64,000 nt of DNA from Perkinsela sp. CCAP 1560/9 (GCA_965644495.1 CBFFSA010000002.1:992001-1056000); one strand, 5' to 3'; positions 32,255-44,388 are shown, numbered from the stretch's first letter. Numbers and translations are program-made. Notes: generated by a model not told the origin, from the sequence alone.

Positions 32255-34228
32255 TTACGGTATTACAGGAGAGGGCGGAATAAAAATTTGCCTCATCCGT
32301 CCAAATGCAATAAGAGAGGCCACAGGAGATTCCAGAACGCGCATACGACGAGGAGAGCTGCTATAGACCATTCGCGTAGCCTTTGACTGCGTAGAGGGCT
32401 CGTCGTTGGGTGCCACACGTTTCTTAGGAGTTACCGAAAAAGAGGGAACGGAAGAAACTTTGTTCGACAAGGCAGAAGATGAAGGAGGCGACGGGGATAA
32501 GTTCGTTTGCGTTTTCGCCTCTTTTGATGCAAACCGCTTGATGTCAGGACGATGAGGAGTTGAGGGAAAATGTGCGGATTTGTGACCAGAAAGTTTTGTA
32601 TTCGAATCTTGTGAAATACTCTCCTTAGAAAGGTTACCTTTATCATCAGAAATAGGTGAAGAGCCAGTTACATTACTGATCGAGGAGGAAGAGATTGTGG
32701 ATAGTTTTGTGGAGTCTTGACTTGATTGAGAAGAGGAAAGAATTTCACACTTTCCGCTTTTAGATTGATTCACAGGGCTATACGGCGGTGCTGTTGGGTT
32801 GAGAATAGACGTATCGATACTTTGATGAGTAATATGTTTCCCCTTTGCACGTTGCGCAGAATTCGAAGAGTTGCAGAGATTGAGTTCGGACCTCATTTCT
32901 TTTTTCGGGGTGGAAGAATATGGAGTTGCATGTATCTGCGGCTGTGAATGTGAGATGTTAAAAGCAGATCCCGCATTTGATTCAAAATTACTTCGAGCAT
33001 GAAAACTCGGAGCGATTGGTGTCGCTACGAACCCAGGATAAGAAACCAATGGCATAGGAGAGGGCTGTACAAGAGGCTGCATCGCGTTCAATCCGTCTTG
33101 ACAAGCAATACTATGAGGTATTGGAGTTTGACTTTCAAAAATAGGAGGTACTCCAATGGGCGAGTTGACCCAATAGACAGGAGGTAGAGAAATCAAAGGA
33201 GTAGTATTTGGACTCAACGAGACTATTGTCCCCATGGGCGCGACGCAAGACAAAGAGCCCAAGGGGGAAGATGTCTTTACACCCAATACAGGGGATATGA
33301 AATTCGGATCAATAAAAGGCACTTGTTGCATTCCAGTAGTGTTGCGGCATGTCAATTCCGTAGGATGGTTCAACGATAAGCCTTTCGCAGTATTTCCAAG
33401 TTGGGATTCATCCAAAAGGAGCGAAGCGTTCGGCGCAGAAACGCCAAACGGGACAGCATTCGCATTGGACAAATATGCCCCTCGTTGGTTTCGATCGGGA
33501 CGACTCATTTCCACAACCATCGCGCCTCGAGGAAGCGGAAGTGCGGGCAAAAATGTCGATCGCTCGGAACGTACGAAATGCGTCAATTTTTCATGCTGCT
33601 CAGCATTTCGCGCAATCCACACCCCACAAACATCAAACAACACTTTGCGATGCAAATGAGAGATCACACGAACCCCTTCACTCTCTGTGGACACGAAACA
33701 AAACATAAACGGTGCGGAGGGTTGAGAACGCATGGTTTGTATTTGCAACGGGTCACATTGGGACAACGTCCACAGAACCCAGCGAAGAACCACAGGGCTG
33801 ACATACGGAGCGGTTTGCCCGATAAAAAGACGAAAAGAGGAAGACAGAGAACACTCTTGGGGACCATCGGATTGAGATTTGGATTTCCAGAGCTCGAGAT
33901 CCGCAGGAGTGAAGGAAAAGGAAGCCGGAGTGGATTCGGAGGCATTCGTCTCGTCGGAAGACAACTCAGAAGAAGACAACACTATATTTTCTTGTGAAAT
34001 ATTTGTTTCAGTACATATCGATTTTTTTGATGGAAGTGACGGGCTTGTGTTGTCTTGTTTTTGGTTGGTGAACGACCGTTGCGCTGGAATCTCCTCTCGC
34101 TTGAGTTTCTTTATGATATCGAAGCATTGAGCGCGGTAGGACTGGGAGAGGAGATTGGAGGGGATGGGGACGTAGTCACATTTCCCGTGGAGGTGGTAGA
34201 GTTGAATGGCATCACGTGTAGCGCCCAT
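32255..34228 (-). CDS. hypothetical protein with an RRM-like LFIGQ...HRKVLFD..GVW.A...LP..MVVE domain and a low-complexity tail
   Basis: 657-aa ORF; the motif set resembles a kinetoplastid-expanded hypothetical family as recalled. Confidence 0.7.
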   Translation of the reverse strand: MGATRDAIQLYHLHGKCDYVPIPSNLLSQSYRAQCFDIIKKLKREEIPAQRSFTNQKQDNTSPSLPSKKSICTETNISQENIVLSSSELSSDETNASESTPASFSFTPADLELWKSKSQSDGPQECSLSSSFRLFIGQTAPYVSPVVLRWVLWTLSQCDPLQIQTMRSQPSAPFMFCFVSTESEGVRVISHLHRKVLFDVCGVWIARNAEQHEKLTHFVRSERSTFLPALPLPRGAMVVEMSRPDRNQRGAYLSNANAVPFGVSAPNASLLLDESQLGNTAKGLSLNHPTELTCRNTTGMQQVPFIDPNFISPVLGVKTSSPLGSLSCVAPMGTIVSLSPNTTPLISLPPVYWVNSPIGVPPIFESQTPIPHSIACQDGLNAMQPLVQPSPMPLVSYPGFVATPIAPSFHARSNFESNAGSAFNISHSQPQIHATPYSSTPKKEMRSELNLCNSSNSAQRAKGKHITHQSIDTSILNPTAPPYSPVNQSKSGKCEILSSSQSSQDSTKLSTISSSSISNVTGSSPISDDKGNLSKESISQDSNTKLSGHKSAHFPSTPHRPDIKRFASKEAKTQTNLSPSPPSSSALSNKVSSVPSFSVTPKKRVAPNDEPSTQSKATRMVYSSSPRRMRVLESPVASLIAFGRMRQIFIPPSPVIP

Positions 34229-34547
34229 GAGGAGATAGAGTCTAAGTCTATAATCTAGAAAAAAAGATAATAAGGAAATAGAAGGATAGTCGAATACAAA
34301 GTAGGAAGAACATGTTTGGTGGGTGTAACAGATTTTGCATTGGTCTTGTGAAGGTTGTAAAAATTTCCAATTTCTTTCCTCAACTTAGATTTTGAAGCAA
34401 AACCAAAACTACAAAATGAAGAAACAATACTAGCCATGTACCATTTCATCGAAGGGACAGAAGTTCTAGAGATCATGATTACCAAGTCAAAGAAACTTCA
34501 CCCGCATGCTTATTGCCGCCTATAAACACACCGTAACAAAGTCATAC

Positions 34548-37186
34548 TCAAAAAAACGTCACCTTCCCTGTCACCCCTTCCTCCTCCGTAAATCGATTCT
34601 TTCTCCCTTGTTCATCCTCTACCCGATCCACATCCATTTCCGCCGGACGAAACACCTCCCCAAAGAGCGCATTCCGGTGCACCGTCCCATACCCCTTTTC
34701 CCCCTCTCCTGCCGCCGCAAGCACCGAAAAGCTTTCCCCCTCCGGATTCACCTCCCCCTCCTGATCTCTCCACTCCTCCGGATGATGAAACCCGTAACTC
34801 TCCCAGGCCTCCACGACCCTCCGCTTTTCCTCCTCGATCGCTCTATTCCGTTTCACCCTTGCCGCGGGTCGTCCCGGGGCGGTACGCAGAAAATGGGCCA
34901 ATTTCCGTGTCTCCCGTGTCCTCCCGGCGGCCAGCACCATTTGCGTCACACTCACCGGGGGGGCATACTCGTACTGCGCCCCCTCCTCATCGCTGTACTC
35001 GAGCTCCGCCTCGGAGTTCGCATCCTCCACCATCTCCCCCTCCTCGCAAAACAAGAAGCCGGGATACTCATTTCGAGGGCGAATCCGCGGATCCGCAGGT
35101 CGGGGAGGGGGAGGGAACGGTTTCTTGCGTTTCGTACACACCGCACCGCACAGGTCGTTCATCTCCCCGAGCTCGATCCAAGGCACCGGCAGCCTTGACA
35201 GATTCGCCCCGAGGGTTTGGAAAAACGAGACAACCCCGCGCTCCTCCCATCGAAAAGGGACAATGTCTTGAACGTAGTTTACCCCCCGAGCGGAACACCA
35301 TTGGTTGCGGATCGCCATAATCCCACGAAGCACCACGAGACGAAATTGTGAACTGCTGGCGTAGCGAAAACGGGGAACTTCCGAGGCCCCCTCGAGCGCC
35401 AAGGCAAAGGTTTCCAGATCGCTGTCCTCGAGGGGTTGTGGTTTCCCCCCGTGGTACTTTTGTGCGATCTCGGTGGCCGTTTTGGCCAGAAACATAATGG
35501 GGGTTTTCTCCTCCCCCTCGGCACCTTTCATGAGTTGAATTCCACAGCAGAGACGACTGTTACGGTGTCGGGGGAGGGTGTAGCCGTTAAGGGGGAGATC
35601 ACACTCGGGACAACGCATGTGGACATAGGTGGCCTCGAGGCCTGGGGAGGGGAGAGCATCCCCTCGCACACGAACCACAAGCACCGTGATCTTTTTCTCG
35701 GAGAGAACCCCCCCGGCTGGGGATTTCTCCACGAGTAGCGGTTTGGAGGTGAGCGCCGCGTCCTCGGGTCGGTTTCCTATTTCGGCTGTTTCAAGAGGTC
35801 GAAGTTCGGGACGAATCCAAAATGTAGCGCTGTGAATTTCTAGAAATTGTCGTAAATCGCCAATACTCTCCCGGAGATCTTTGGTGAGCGCCACACGACG
35901 CTCCATGCGGGAGAGTTCAATCGCCCCTCCACATTGTCGAATCGCATCACGCAGAAATTTCACCCCGAGCGGGTAGTTTCCGATTTGTACCCCTAAAGGG
36001 TCTCGAGGGTATTCCGTGGGTAACGTAAGGTCAGTGAAATCGAGCAGGGTCGAGTGCATACGGGTAGAAACCACAGGTTGTTTATTGCCCTCATCTTCTC
36101 GATCCTCCAGCGTGTCCTCTTCCTGCTCCGATGCACTCGCAAATTCCGATGCCAGATCCGAATCCCTTAGCCTTGACATAAATTCATCTTTTTCTTCTGT
36201 CGTTCTTTCGCCCTGACTTATCCTCTTTTTTTCCTTTTCCTCACGCTGTCGTTGAAAGATCGCTTTTAATTTTGTTTTTAAACTTTCACGTGTGGTAGCG
36301 GCATGATCCTCCGGGGGCGGGACCAAATGCCCCGGGGGGCCTCGAACCCCGGCACGGGGAGAACCACCGGAACCTCCAGAGGCGCCGGGGGGGCTAGGCT
36401 CCCCAAGGCGCGCACGGATAACAAACTCTCCGAGCTTCGCACGGAAAGTTTGTGATCTGATAAATTTAACGTTTGTTTCGTCTCGAGGGCATTGGTTCTG
36501 TTTTTTTCATCGATTTCGTTTTCTACGAAAGAGATAGTGGAAGTCGATGATGATGAAGTTGTAAATTTCGGGGCACGTTGCTGGGTATACATGCCAAGGG
36601 CTTGGGGGTGGGGTAGAGGGGTGGGGATAGGGGGAGGAAGAGCGAGCTCTCCCCCTTTTTCCGTAGGAGAATCCTCGGGAAGGGAAGGAAAGGCCAGCGA
36701 TTTGGAGAGCTCGCGTTTGGTACGCACGGTTTCCGGATTTGTTGTTTTTTCACGAATTTGTTCAATCCAGGGTGAAGGTAGAAAAGTACCTAAACTTTGT
36801 AATAGGGCGTGAGATTGGGAAAGAAGAGAAGGGGTGTGGATGTCCTCAGTGTCTTGTTTTTCAGGTTTTTCGAGAGAATGAGATGTGAACCATGGCATGT
36901 ATTCTATGGCAAGGGTTACGAATTCTTCTTCGGGGATGATCTCGCTCCAGTGTTCTGGGTCTTCTTTTAGTAAACGGTCCAAAACAAACCAGGGCACGAG
37001 CTGTGCGCACCCCTCTCTTTGCCGCATGAGATTTTTTAAAGTGTCCCACAGCGTGGAGGTGTTGGCACCGGATTCGGACTCGTCGTCCTCTGCACATAAA
37101 ACAGCGAGTTGTCGGGATAAGGAATCAATAACGGAACGATTCAGTGAGGTGAGATTCCATAACTCCTCACAAAGGTCATCAAACAT
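34548..37186 (-). CDS. large hypothetical protein with a C2HC zinc finger, split by a 1-nt frameshift near 36335
   Basis: ORFs 36278-37186 and 34548-36326 overlap. One extra C in the C6 run gives continuous PGFEAPPGHLVPPPEDH. Zinc finger is CPEC..PRH...LC. Confidence 0.7.
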
Positions 37187-37390
37187 GTCGGGTGAAAATA
37201 GAAGGTAGAAGAAAGTGAAAATGACTTTAATCCGTCGCCATGCTTGGTTTATGAGGGGATAGATAAGAAAACAGTAAAGTGTTTGAGAAAAAATATATCA
37301 AACAAGAATAGAATGGTTTACTACATTAAAGAATTTACACAATTCATAATTAGAACAGAAGAAATACATAGTGAAACGAAACTTTGCAAA

Positions 37391-37873
37391 TTACTCTTTG
37401 CTTACATCAGAAATTTCATCAGACTGAGTGTGAGTGTCCCCAAGTTCTAACGTTTCCATAGGAGACGTGGGCGGAGTAGCATCTGAAGAGTCGGTGTTTG
37501 GCTTCGCATTTGTTGGAAGAGAACAAAAATTTAAGAATTGTTTTCGACCGTGAGGATGCAGAGTTTCCGAGAATCGACGATCGTATCGAACCAGCACGGT
37601 TTCGACCTCATTTCTTCCCGAAACATGTTCGTCACTATTTGATTTCAAAGATGATGAACCAATAGATAGACTTATCGCGGGTTTGCGGACTTCACCCATA
37701 CGATAAGATGCATTAGAGCTAAAGGATTTCGAATGGGTGGTGGAGGAAGAACCTTCCTGCTGTTCCTCATGCTGCAGTGCAGCAGGACCACGCTTCGCGG
37801 CCTCCCGAAGTCTACGTAAACGATCAGCTTCCTCTTTCCGCTTCATAAATTTCATGGAACGAAGATAGTCCAT
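37391..37873 (-). CDS. MPP6-like exosome cofactor
   Basis: LRSMKFMKRKEE and GRKQFLNF resemble the MPP6 MKFM.R and GR.SF..F motifs. Confidence 0.5.
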   Translation of the reverse strand: MDYLRSMKFMKRKEEADRLRRLREAAKRGPAALQHEEQQEGSSSTTHSKSFSSNASYRMGEVRKPAISLSIGSSSLKSNSDEHVSGRNEVETVLVRYDRRFSETLHPHGRKQFLNFCSLPTNAKPNTDSSDATPPTSPMETLELGDTHTQSDEISDVSKE

Positions 37874-38063
37874 GTCTTCTCTCCGTGTGTAAATTAAGAA
37901 TGAAGAAAATGTATTAATTTTATCAAAAAAGAAAGTTAACCCTGTCACCTACAAATATTGACGAAAAATAGACCATTATCTCATATTTCATACCTATTCA
38001 ATACAGAAATATGGAATTCCGCACCAAAATACACTTTTTCCCCTTCTCTTCTATTCCCTCTCT

Positions 38064-39326
38064 CTACCAATCCGCCGCCTCCCAACTCTGAGTGACCTCC
38101 TCTGTTTGTTTTTCCGCATAAGCCACCTCTCGCTCCCTCTTACGTCGGAGCCGGGCTCTCCACCCTCCCCGGCTCACGCGATGTTTCGGGGGCTCTGGTC
38201 GAGGGAGAGCTCTCTCCTCCTCTTCCTCCTTTGTGTATCTTCGAAGCTCTGTCGCGCAGAGCTCACGGCGAAGTTGTTTGCCGTATGCTCCTAAAGAGGA
38301 AACTTTTTGTTTACTCTTTTCCGCAGGTAAACTTTCTTGTGGCACAGAAAGATTCAAAACACTTTTTTCGGTTTCACTTTCAGATGTAAAATCCGTTTCT
38401 GTGTTTTCGTTTTCAGAGATATTCGAAACGTTTCTATTTTTTGTACCGTTTGTGCTTTCCAAACTTTGTTGGTCGGGTTGAACCGTACGAAAAGCATCAC
38501 ATCGTGCAGCCAACACCACTTTGTTGGCTAAGTGCCGAAGAACACTTTGGTACTCACTGGGGTCTGGAAATTGCTTCCGTACCCATGAAACATGAGAAAG
38601 AACCGTAGGCGTTCTTACCCCATTTAATTTTCCTGCTTGTAAATTTGTGATCGATGGGACCGAAGTCTTGAGTGCACGAATTTGAGACCCTGTCATACGT
38701 GCAAGCTCAGATAGACCTCCCGTGAGTCCAAGGAGTAATCCGGTGACCTGCTTGCCACAAAGAGAAGAGAGATTGGGGGCAATATGAGCCGCTTGTAGTC
38801 GGAACTGAGACAGTAATTTTTGGTAGATTTCAAAGAGCTGATCATAAACGGACAGAAAGGGTAAGATCTCGGTTTTCCATAAAGAAGCAACCGACTCGAA
38901 AGCTACGGGAGAATTTTGTGAAGTATTTGTTTGCAATTTTGTGCTTTCACTCCATGTGGTTGCGTCGCCTTCATTTGTTTCTTTTGTAGGAATGCACACA
39001 ATTACGGCATTGACTGTGTGTCTTGATAAATCACTGCTTAATAGATTTTGTGCGGAAAGTTCGGGTCCTAGAGCCTTTAGTACCTCGATATAAGATTTTT
39101 CGTCTGGACAGTTGGAAGCAAGATGCGGGATAATTGTTTGATAGAGTGCGATTAGATGTTCGTAAACACGATGCTGTTCTTGACGTACGCGAAAAATTTG
39201 TGAAGCAAGAAGTTGAGAGTCGGTAGATTTCAAACTAGAAGATTTAGAAGGGATGTAAATTTTTCGTATCTCCTCAAGGCAAGCAGTCGCGGAGCGTAGT
39301 AGACTCTGCGTTTTGTCTGTGTTCAT
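38064..39326 (-). CDS. PRP31: divergent PRP31-like Nop-domain splicing factor
   Basis: IAPNLSSLCG..TGLLLGLTGGLSELA, LANKVVLAARCD and ALPRPE..RGGWRAR. Confidence 0.75.
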   Translation of the reverse strand: MNTDKTQSLLRSATACLEEIRKIYIPSKSSSLKSTDSQLLASQIFRVRQEQHRVYEHLIALYQTIIPHLASNCPDEKSYIEVLKALGPELSAQNLLSSDLSRHTVNAVIVCIPTKETNEGDATTWSESTKLQTNTSQNSPVAFESVASLWKTEILPFLSVYDQLFEIYQKLLSQFRLQAAHIAPNLSSLCGKQVTGLLLGLTGGLSELARMTGSQIRALKTSVPSITNLQAGKLNGVRTPTVLSHVSWVRKQFPDPSEYQSVLRHLANKVVLAARCDAFRTVQPDQQSLESTNGTKNRNVSNISENENTETDFTSESETEKSVLNLSVPQESLPAEKSKQKVSSLGAYGKQLRRELCATELRRYTKEEEEERALPRPEPPKHRVSRGGWRARLRRKREREVAYAEKQTEEVTQSWEAADW

Positions 39327-39944
39327 TTAAAAAAAAGAAATACTAAATTCATTTATTAATTTAATAGTGAAGTTCAACAGCTCCACGTTTTTAATTCTGT
39401 TGTTTTAGAACTAATGTCCCCCTTGCGTCAAAGCAATCAAGGTAGATCTTGTGGCACTTCAGGAAGATGAGGAAAGCACGTAAATGCACCTTCGCATAAT
39501 CTAGAATTATGAACGAAGGCAAGGGTTTATGCACACAAAGCCAGCACTTTAAACAAAAAAGAGAATGTGCGTATCGTGTAATCCTTGATTCCATGTAGAG
39601 GTGATATTTTATATCAAGGTAATGTATACATAACATATGTAAAAATATCTAAAATAAAGAGTAGGATTCAGGCAAGATAAAAGAAGGCTGAGTTGTTTAA
39701 GGCCGAGTTACACTACTTGAACCAAATTTACTTTGAAGACGAAAACCGCACAGCACACAAGTGTAGACAAAAAAATATGATATGCACATGAATATGATAT
39801 GGCTATGATTGGATAGTGCGAATTAGAAAATGAATAAACAGGGCGAATATAAAAATTAAATATCTAAAGAAAGATCGGCAAGAAAAAGCACTCTGAATTG
39901 ACTATGGAATAATGGGCAAGAAAATAAGGATACTGAAATGCCGG

Positions 39945-41102
39945 TCACTTTTCTATGGATGGCGGAAAACACAGTGCCAGTCTACGAATATGATTTTGAG
40001 GAAGAATTTTGGTTTCTTCATGAAGCTTAAAAAGAGGACTCAAGTATCCTGTAAAAAAATTATTCGAGATGTCCACTTTTGTCCCATCACCATAGGCAAG
40101 CAAGCTGACGTGTCCATGCATTCGATTTTCACTCATATCTAACGTAGAGAGGGAAGACAGCGTTGTAGGAAGCGAGGGCTCTCCGCTAAAGCGGTTGCTA
40201 CTCAAATTCAGGTATCGTAAAGACGAGGGCAAATTTCGTAAGTTTAAAGGACCATAAAAATGATTATTACTGATGTCCAGCTTCTCAATTATCGGGGGAA
40301 GAGTAGCAAATTGTGAATTGGGAGAAGTTGAGATGGCAAAGCAACACTCGTGGGTCTTGTTGAAAGCAATATTCGAACTCAAATTTGAGAAATCCAGTGG
40401 ACCCGTAAAATGATTAGACGACAGAATTACAGTAGCAAGACAAGAAGGAAGGCGATCCAACTCAATCGAACCATCGAATTCGTTTTGGCTTAAATCCAAA
40501 AATTCAAGACATTGGGGAAGAAGCGTCATGTCCACAGAGCGAACAAACCTATTGTTTGACAAATTTAATGAAATCAGCGAGCTTGGAAGTTCTGAAAAAA
40601 TTACTGATCCGCTAAACCTATTGTTGCTGAGATCTGCATGTTGTAGCTTAGGGGCGTGGGAGAGGAACTCTACACTTCCACAAAAGGAATTACTTGAGAC
40701 ATTGAATCTCGTCAGGAGGGATGCGTTATAAAGCCGAATGGCGCCATTGAAATTGTTATCTGCAAGGGAAATGGTTTGCACTGTTGGCGGCAATTTTCCC
40801 CATTGAGGGGTACCAGAGACAATACTCTCGTACGATTGAGAAAATGTACGATATCCTGGACGAGCTGAATCCCAAAACAATTCAACGTGTTCTGTGTAAG
40901 TATCTATCACAGTTCTTGTTGTGTTCTGAAAATACGAATAACAGCAACTAAATTTTCCAGTACCGAAATTACCTTTAACACACAGGTCGGTAGTAAATTC
41001 TCTAATCGATGCTTCAAGACGCTGACGAATGTGTGTCTCCACGTCGGATGTGTACGTCACACCAGTACAGAGAGCAATGATAATAAATACGAGAGAACGC
41101 AT
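39945..41102 (-). CDS. secreted leucine-rich repeat protein
   Basis: Signal peptide and multiple LSxNxFxG repeats. Confidence 0.88.
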   Translation of the reverse strand: MRSLVFIIIALCTGVTYTSDVETHIRQRLEASIREFTTDLCVKGNFGTGKFSCCYSYFQNTTRTVIDTYTEHVELFWDSARPGYRTFSQSYESIVSGTPQWGKLPPTVQTISLADNNFNGAIRLYNASLLTRFNVSSNSFCGSVEFLSHAPKLQHADLSNNRFSGSVIFSELPSSLISLNLSNNRFVRSVDMTLLPQCLEFLDLSQNEFDGSIELDRLPSCLATVILSSNHFTGPLDFSNLSSNIAFNKTHECCFAISTSPNSQFATLPPIIEKLDISNNHFYGPLNLRNLPSSLRYLNLSSNRFSGEPSLPTTLSSLSTLDMSENRMHGHVSLLAYGDGTKVDISNNFFTGYLSPLFKLHEETKILPQNHIRRLALCFPPSIEK

Positions 41103-41406
41103 GAAAATGTATGAAAAGGAAATGTAAAGAAAACGAACAATTGCACGGGTTTCTAGTAGTAAAAATTTAAATAAAAAAGAATTACCATCGCTAATGATAA
41201 TTAGAAGCGTACCCCCGTTATGCTGCGTAGGAATAGTTTGTTACAAAAAGCATCACATTGTGCAGCCAAGTACACGAATTAGAAATTCATATTGTAAATA
41301 AACCAAAGGAAAAGTTTGTATGGGGCAAGACTAGAAAAGAGAAAAAATACATTTTAGGCAAAGTAGAATCTAATACAAGTAGAATATCAACAGCAGAAAT
41401 CTAATA

Positions 41407-41713
41407 CTGTGCCCCCCCCTTTATACTTCGCCCATTTCGAGCAGTAACGAAGTATAAATGGGGGGGCCTGAATTTTTTCTCCGCTGTAAAAAAGAGCCGC
41501 GCCGCTTCGCGGCGCGGCTCATCCAGTTTTTCTGTCTTTCCTTTTATATCACCTTCCATTCCTAGAAGGGGAGACTTAGAGCGTTCTTGCATTTTTTTTA
41601 AAAAATTGAAAAAATACGGAAAAAAAAGACATCCCCCCTTCGGGGGGGGGCACACAGAAAACAAAGTATAAAGGAGGGGTCTGACCAGCGAAGTATAAAG
41701 TGGGGGGTCACAG
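41407..41713. mobile_element. CTGTG-family MITE with TA flanks
   Basis: TA|CTGTGCCCCCCCCTTTATACTTCGC ... GCGAAGTATAAAGTGGGGGGTCACAG|TA, with a 12-bp-stem hairpin at 41494-41520. Confidence 0.88.
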
Positions 41714-42281
41714 TATGAGAGAAATGGAAGCTACATTCCGCCTTGTACTGCTTAAAACTTTTAGTATAATTTTTTTGATGGACCTAAAGAGGGCAAGAAA
41801 GAAGTGCTTCTTAACATCAGTGTACAGTTTTCGTCAATTGTACTGGAGAGTATGCTGTAGGTCTGTGTAAGTTCGTGTTGGTCCGTGACGAGCTGTGTAG
41901 GTACGTGTAGGTTCGTGGTAATCCGTGTAGATTCGTGTAGGCTCGTGTAGGTCTTTTTGAGATTTTTTGAGATGGTTCAATGGCTCGGCCGCTAGGATGA
42001 TTGCATGTAGGTGAGGGGCTGCGGATGACGTAAAGCGCTGTTTCACGCTGTTTCGCGGCGTTTCAACACTAGGTAAGTCAAAAAGGAAATAGTAGCTATT
42101 TTTTATTTGAAATAACCTATGAATGAAAGCAGAGTAGGCACTCGAGGGGGGCAAAGTTCGGGAGTATGCCGCGATGATCTCCATGCATAAAAAAGATTAA
42201 GATATTAATGTACTATACATTTCAAAACTGATCTTCAGCACTCATTCGCAAATATTAAAAAAGTTGAACACATTTCAAATA

Positions 42282-42369
42282 CTGTGACCCCCTTTAACGT
42301 AGAATAATACGTTTTGTCTCTATGATAGGGGGGTTTGGGGGGGAGGTGTATATTAAAGGCGGGTTACAG
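42282..42369. mobile_element. 88-bp CTGTG-family mini-element
   Basis: TA|CTGTGACCCCCTTTAA ... TTAAAGGCGGGTTACAG|TA. Confidence 0.65.
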
Positions 42370-42434
42370 TACTGTACTTAGTGCTGATCTTTACACTTTC
42401 GCACTTCGTATTCCCTTTTTCGCCCCATAGCGTT

Positions 42435-43064
42435 TTACTCGAGCTCGGGAAATCGAATGACCCTGCCCGATAGGCCCTTTGCAGGGCTCTCCACTTGGTC
42501 ACTTTCCACTTGGCTGCTTTCAGCGCTTGCTTCGAGGGAAGTGGAAGCTTTCATCCTTTTTTGGCGCCATGCTGCGCAAGCGCGAGACCGTTGTCCCGTG
42601 ATCGAGCGCCACAAGCTCTCGACAAAGTCTCCCACCTCGCCTTTTCGTCGCGGAGCATATAATGGTTGCTCCTCAAGGTAGCTTTCCATGTCTTGGGTAA
42701 CCTCACCCAGAAAGTACAGTTCACGTGGACGCACATCGAGTAGGAGATGTTCTCGGTGCTGTACCAGAAGAAGAACTGTGCGACGAAGGATAGAGGAGCC
42801 AACAGGAACATTACCAATGCTCCTCTTTCCCACAGAAAAACATTCCAGGGCCCTGTTTACCCGTTCCATGATGCTTGTCACCTTCTCACCAAGCTCTTCA
42901 GGAGAAATCAGGAGGACTGGCTTATCAAGCACAGTTACGCGTTTCGTGAAAACCTTTTTCGTCGAGCTAACGACGAGCTCAATGATATCATCTTCTGCCA
43001 CCTCGTCGTCTTCAAATTCACGAAGGATCCTTTTCTTTAAAGATTTGTCGTCCTCTGCGTCCAT
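42435..43064 (-). CDS. transposon accessory ORF, unknown function
   Basis: 209-aa ATG ORF directly downstream of the transposase, inside the same TIRs. Confidence 0.6.
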   Translation of the reverse strand: MDAEDDKSLKKRILREFEDDEVAEDDIIELVVSSTKKVFTKRVTVLDKPVLLISPEELGEKVTSIMERVNRALECFSVGKRSIGNVPVGSSILRRTVLLLVQHREHLLLDVRPRELYFLGEVTQDMESYLEEQPLYAPRRKGEVGDFVESLWRSITGQRSRACAAWRQKRMKASTSLEASAESSQVESDQVESPAKGLSGRVIRFPELE

Positions 43065-43130
43065 ATTCTACAGAAGGAATATTATACTAAAAAGAATGCT
43101 AAAAAATGTGAAAAATAAAAATTTTCGTGT

Positions 43131-43251
43131 CGACATCTATTCGTATGGTGTAGTAAGCTGTAGTTATTTTATTCGTGCCGACATCTATTCGTATGGTGTA
43201 GTAAGCTGTAGTTATTTTATTCGTAGCGACATCTATTCGTATGGTGTAGTT
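43131..43251. repeat. 48-bp tandem repeat (~2.5 copies)
   Basis: GACATCTATTCGTATGGTGTAGT starts at 43132, 43180 and 43228. Confidence 0.9.
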
Positions 43252-43281
43252 ATCTTATTAAACTTAAATACGATCATATTT

Positions 43282-44388
43282 CTATTCAGACAACTCCTTC
43301 TTCTTCTTACCTTTACCTGGCTTCTTTGGGTTATACGGCACATGATGAATGTGCTCCTTAAGAAAATCACGGCGCGTTCCTATCGGCTCCACGACACCAC
43401 ACCCCCGACTGCACCAGCACTCGGATGGCTCATCTAACACTTGCAATGACTTAACAACAGTGTTATCTACATCATATTGAGGGCCAGATGCTAGTATTCC
43501 ATAGATCACTACTGAAACAATCTGCACTGCATTTCTAACCCATCCGATATCATGATCGGTCCCATGAAAACATCGAAATTTATCAAAAAAAGAAAAACAT
43601 CTTTCTATGCGGGAGCGCACCAGAGACAATCGTGCGTTCACTTGTTTTTCTTCTTCTGTGAGTTTTTTCTTATTGTACTCTTTATATGGCACGAAACAAT
43701 GATTGCAACCTATATACCCAAGATCTCCAAGAAACATTTCGTCTTTGTGATGACTGAAAAGTGAAGTCTTGTCAGTTGTAGTAGTACTGTAAATTTTCGC
43801 ATCATGGATAGTTCCATTCACAGGTCCTCGAAAAAAGAAAGGAACTCCGGCCAACGTCATCCAAAATTCTACTTTAAAACAATGCTCATGATGCTTTCCA
43901 GGGTAAGTTGCGTCTTTTTGCACGTACTCACCACGCGTGCTGTCCCAAACAGTGTGCTTCTTGCGCGCTCGGCAAGGAATCGTGGTGACATCTACGATAC
44001 ATGTCACATCCGAAAGCCACGGTATACCATGCTGAAATCGCAAGTTTGGGTTCACCAGGTGCGGGGAGGAAAGTAACTTTGCTGTGCGCGAGAAATCTTC
44101 ACGCAAGGCGCGGATAGAAACTGGCGGATCATTCGGGCTCGTCCAAAGCCCCTGGAGGTCATGCAATTGTTCCCATGTGCAGTTTAAAGCGCACATGCAT
44201 AGGGAAGATTTTAGACGCCGCATGTCTTTTTCCCCTATAACGGCGCCGTGAACCCGCTGTAGCTCGGAATACACTTGATTAACCTGTTCATGGCTTATTC
44301 CGTACATTAAAAGGCTCAAGAAAGGTATATTGATACGAAGATTTTCACAAATAAGCCAAATATTATTGTGGTTATAAGCTTTGCACAT
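43282..44388 (-). CDS. intact PIF/Harbinger/IS5-like DDE transposase (DDE_Tnp_4 type)
   Basis: CIVDVT, YPGKHHEHCFK, GPVNGTIHD, FLGDLGY, VPYK and LTEEEKQVNARLSLVRSRIERCF. Confidence 0.9.
   Translation of the reverse strand: MCKAYNHNNIWLICENLRINIPFLSLLMYGISHEQVNQVYSELQRVHGAVIGEKDMRRLKSSLCMCALNCTWEQLHDLQGLWTSPNDPPVSIRALREDFSRTAKLLSSPHLVNPNLRFQHGIPWLSDVTCIVDVTTIPCRARKKHTVWDSTRGEYVQKDATYPGKHHEHCFKVEFWMTLAGVPFFFRGPVNGTIHDAKIYSTTTTDKTSLFSHHKDEMFLGDLGYIGCNHCFVPYKEYNKKKLTEEEKQVNARLSLVRSRIERCFSFFDKFRCFHGTDHDIGWVRNAVQIVSVVIYGILASGPQYDVDNTVVKSLQVLDEPSECWCSRGCGVVEPIGTRRDFLKEHIHHVPYNPKKPGKGKKKKELSE

Noticed and set aside
43131-43251. Possible CRISPR-like array
   Set aside because: The intervening sequences are identical, so it is a simple 48-bp tandem repeat; no cas genes are present and the context is eukaryotic.
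42688-43437. 249-aa plus-strand ORF
   Set aside because: It is antisense to two better-supported ORFs and reads through the 48-bp repeat.
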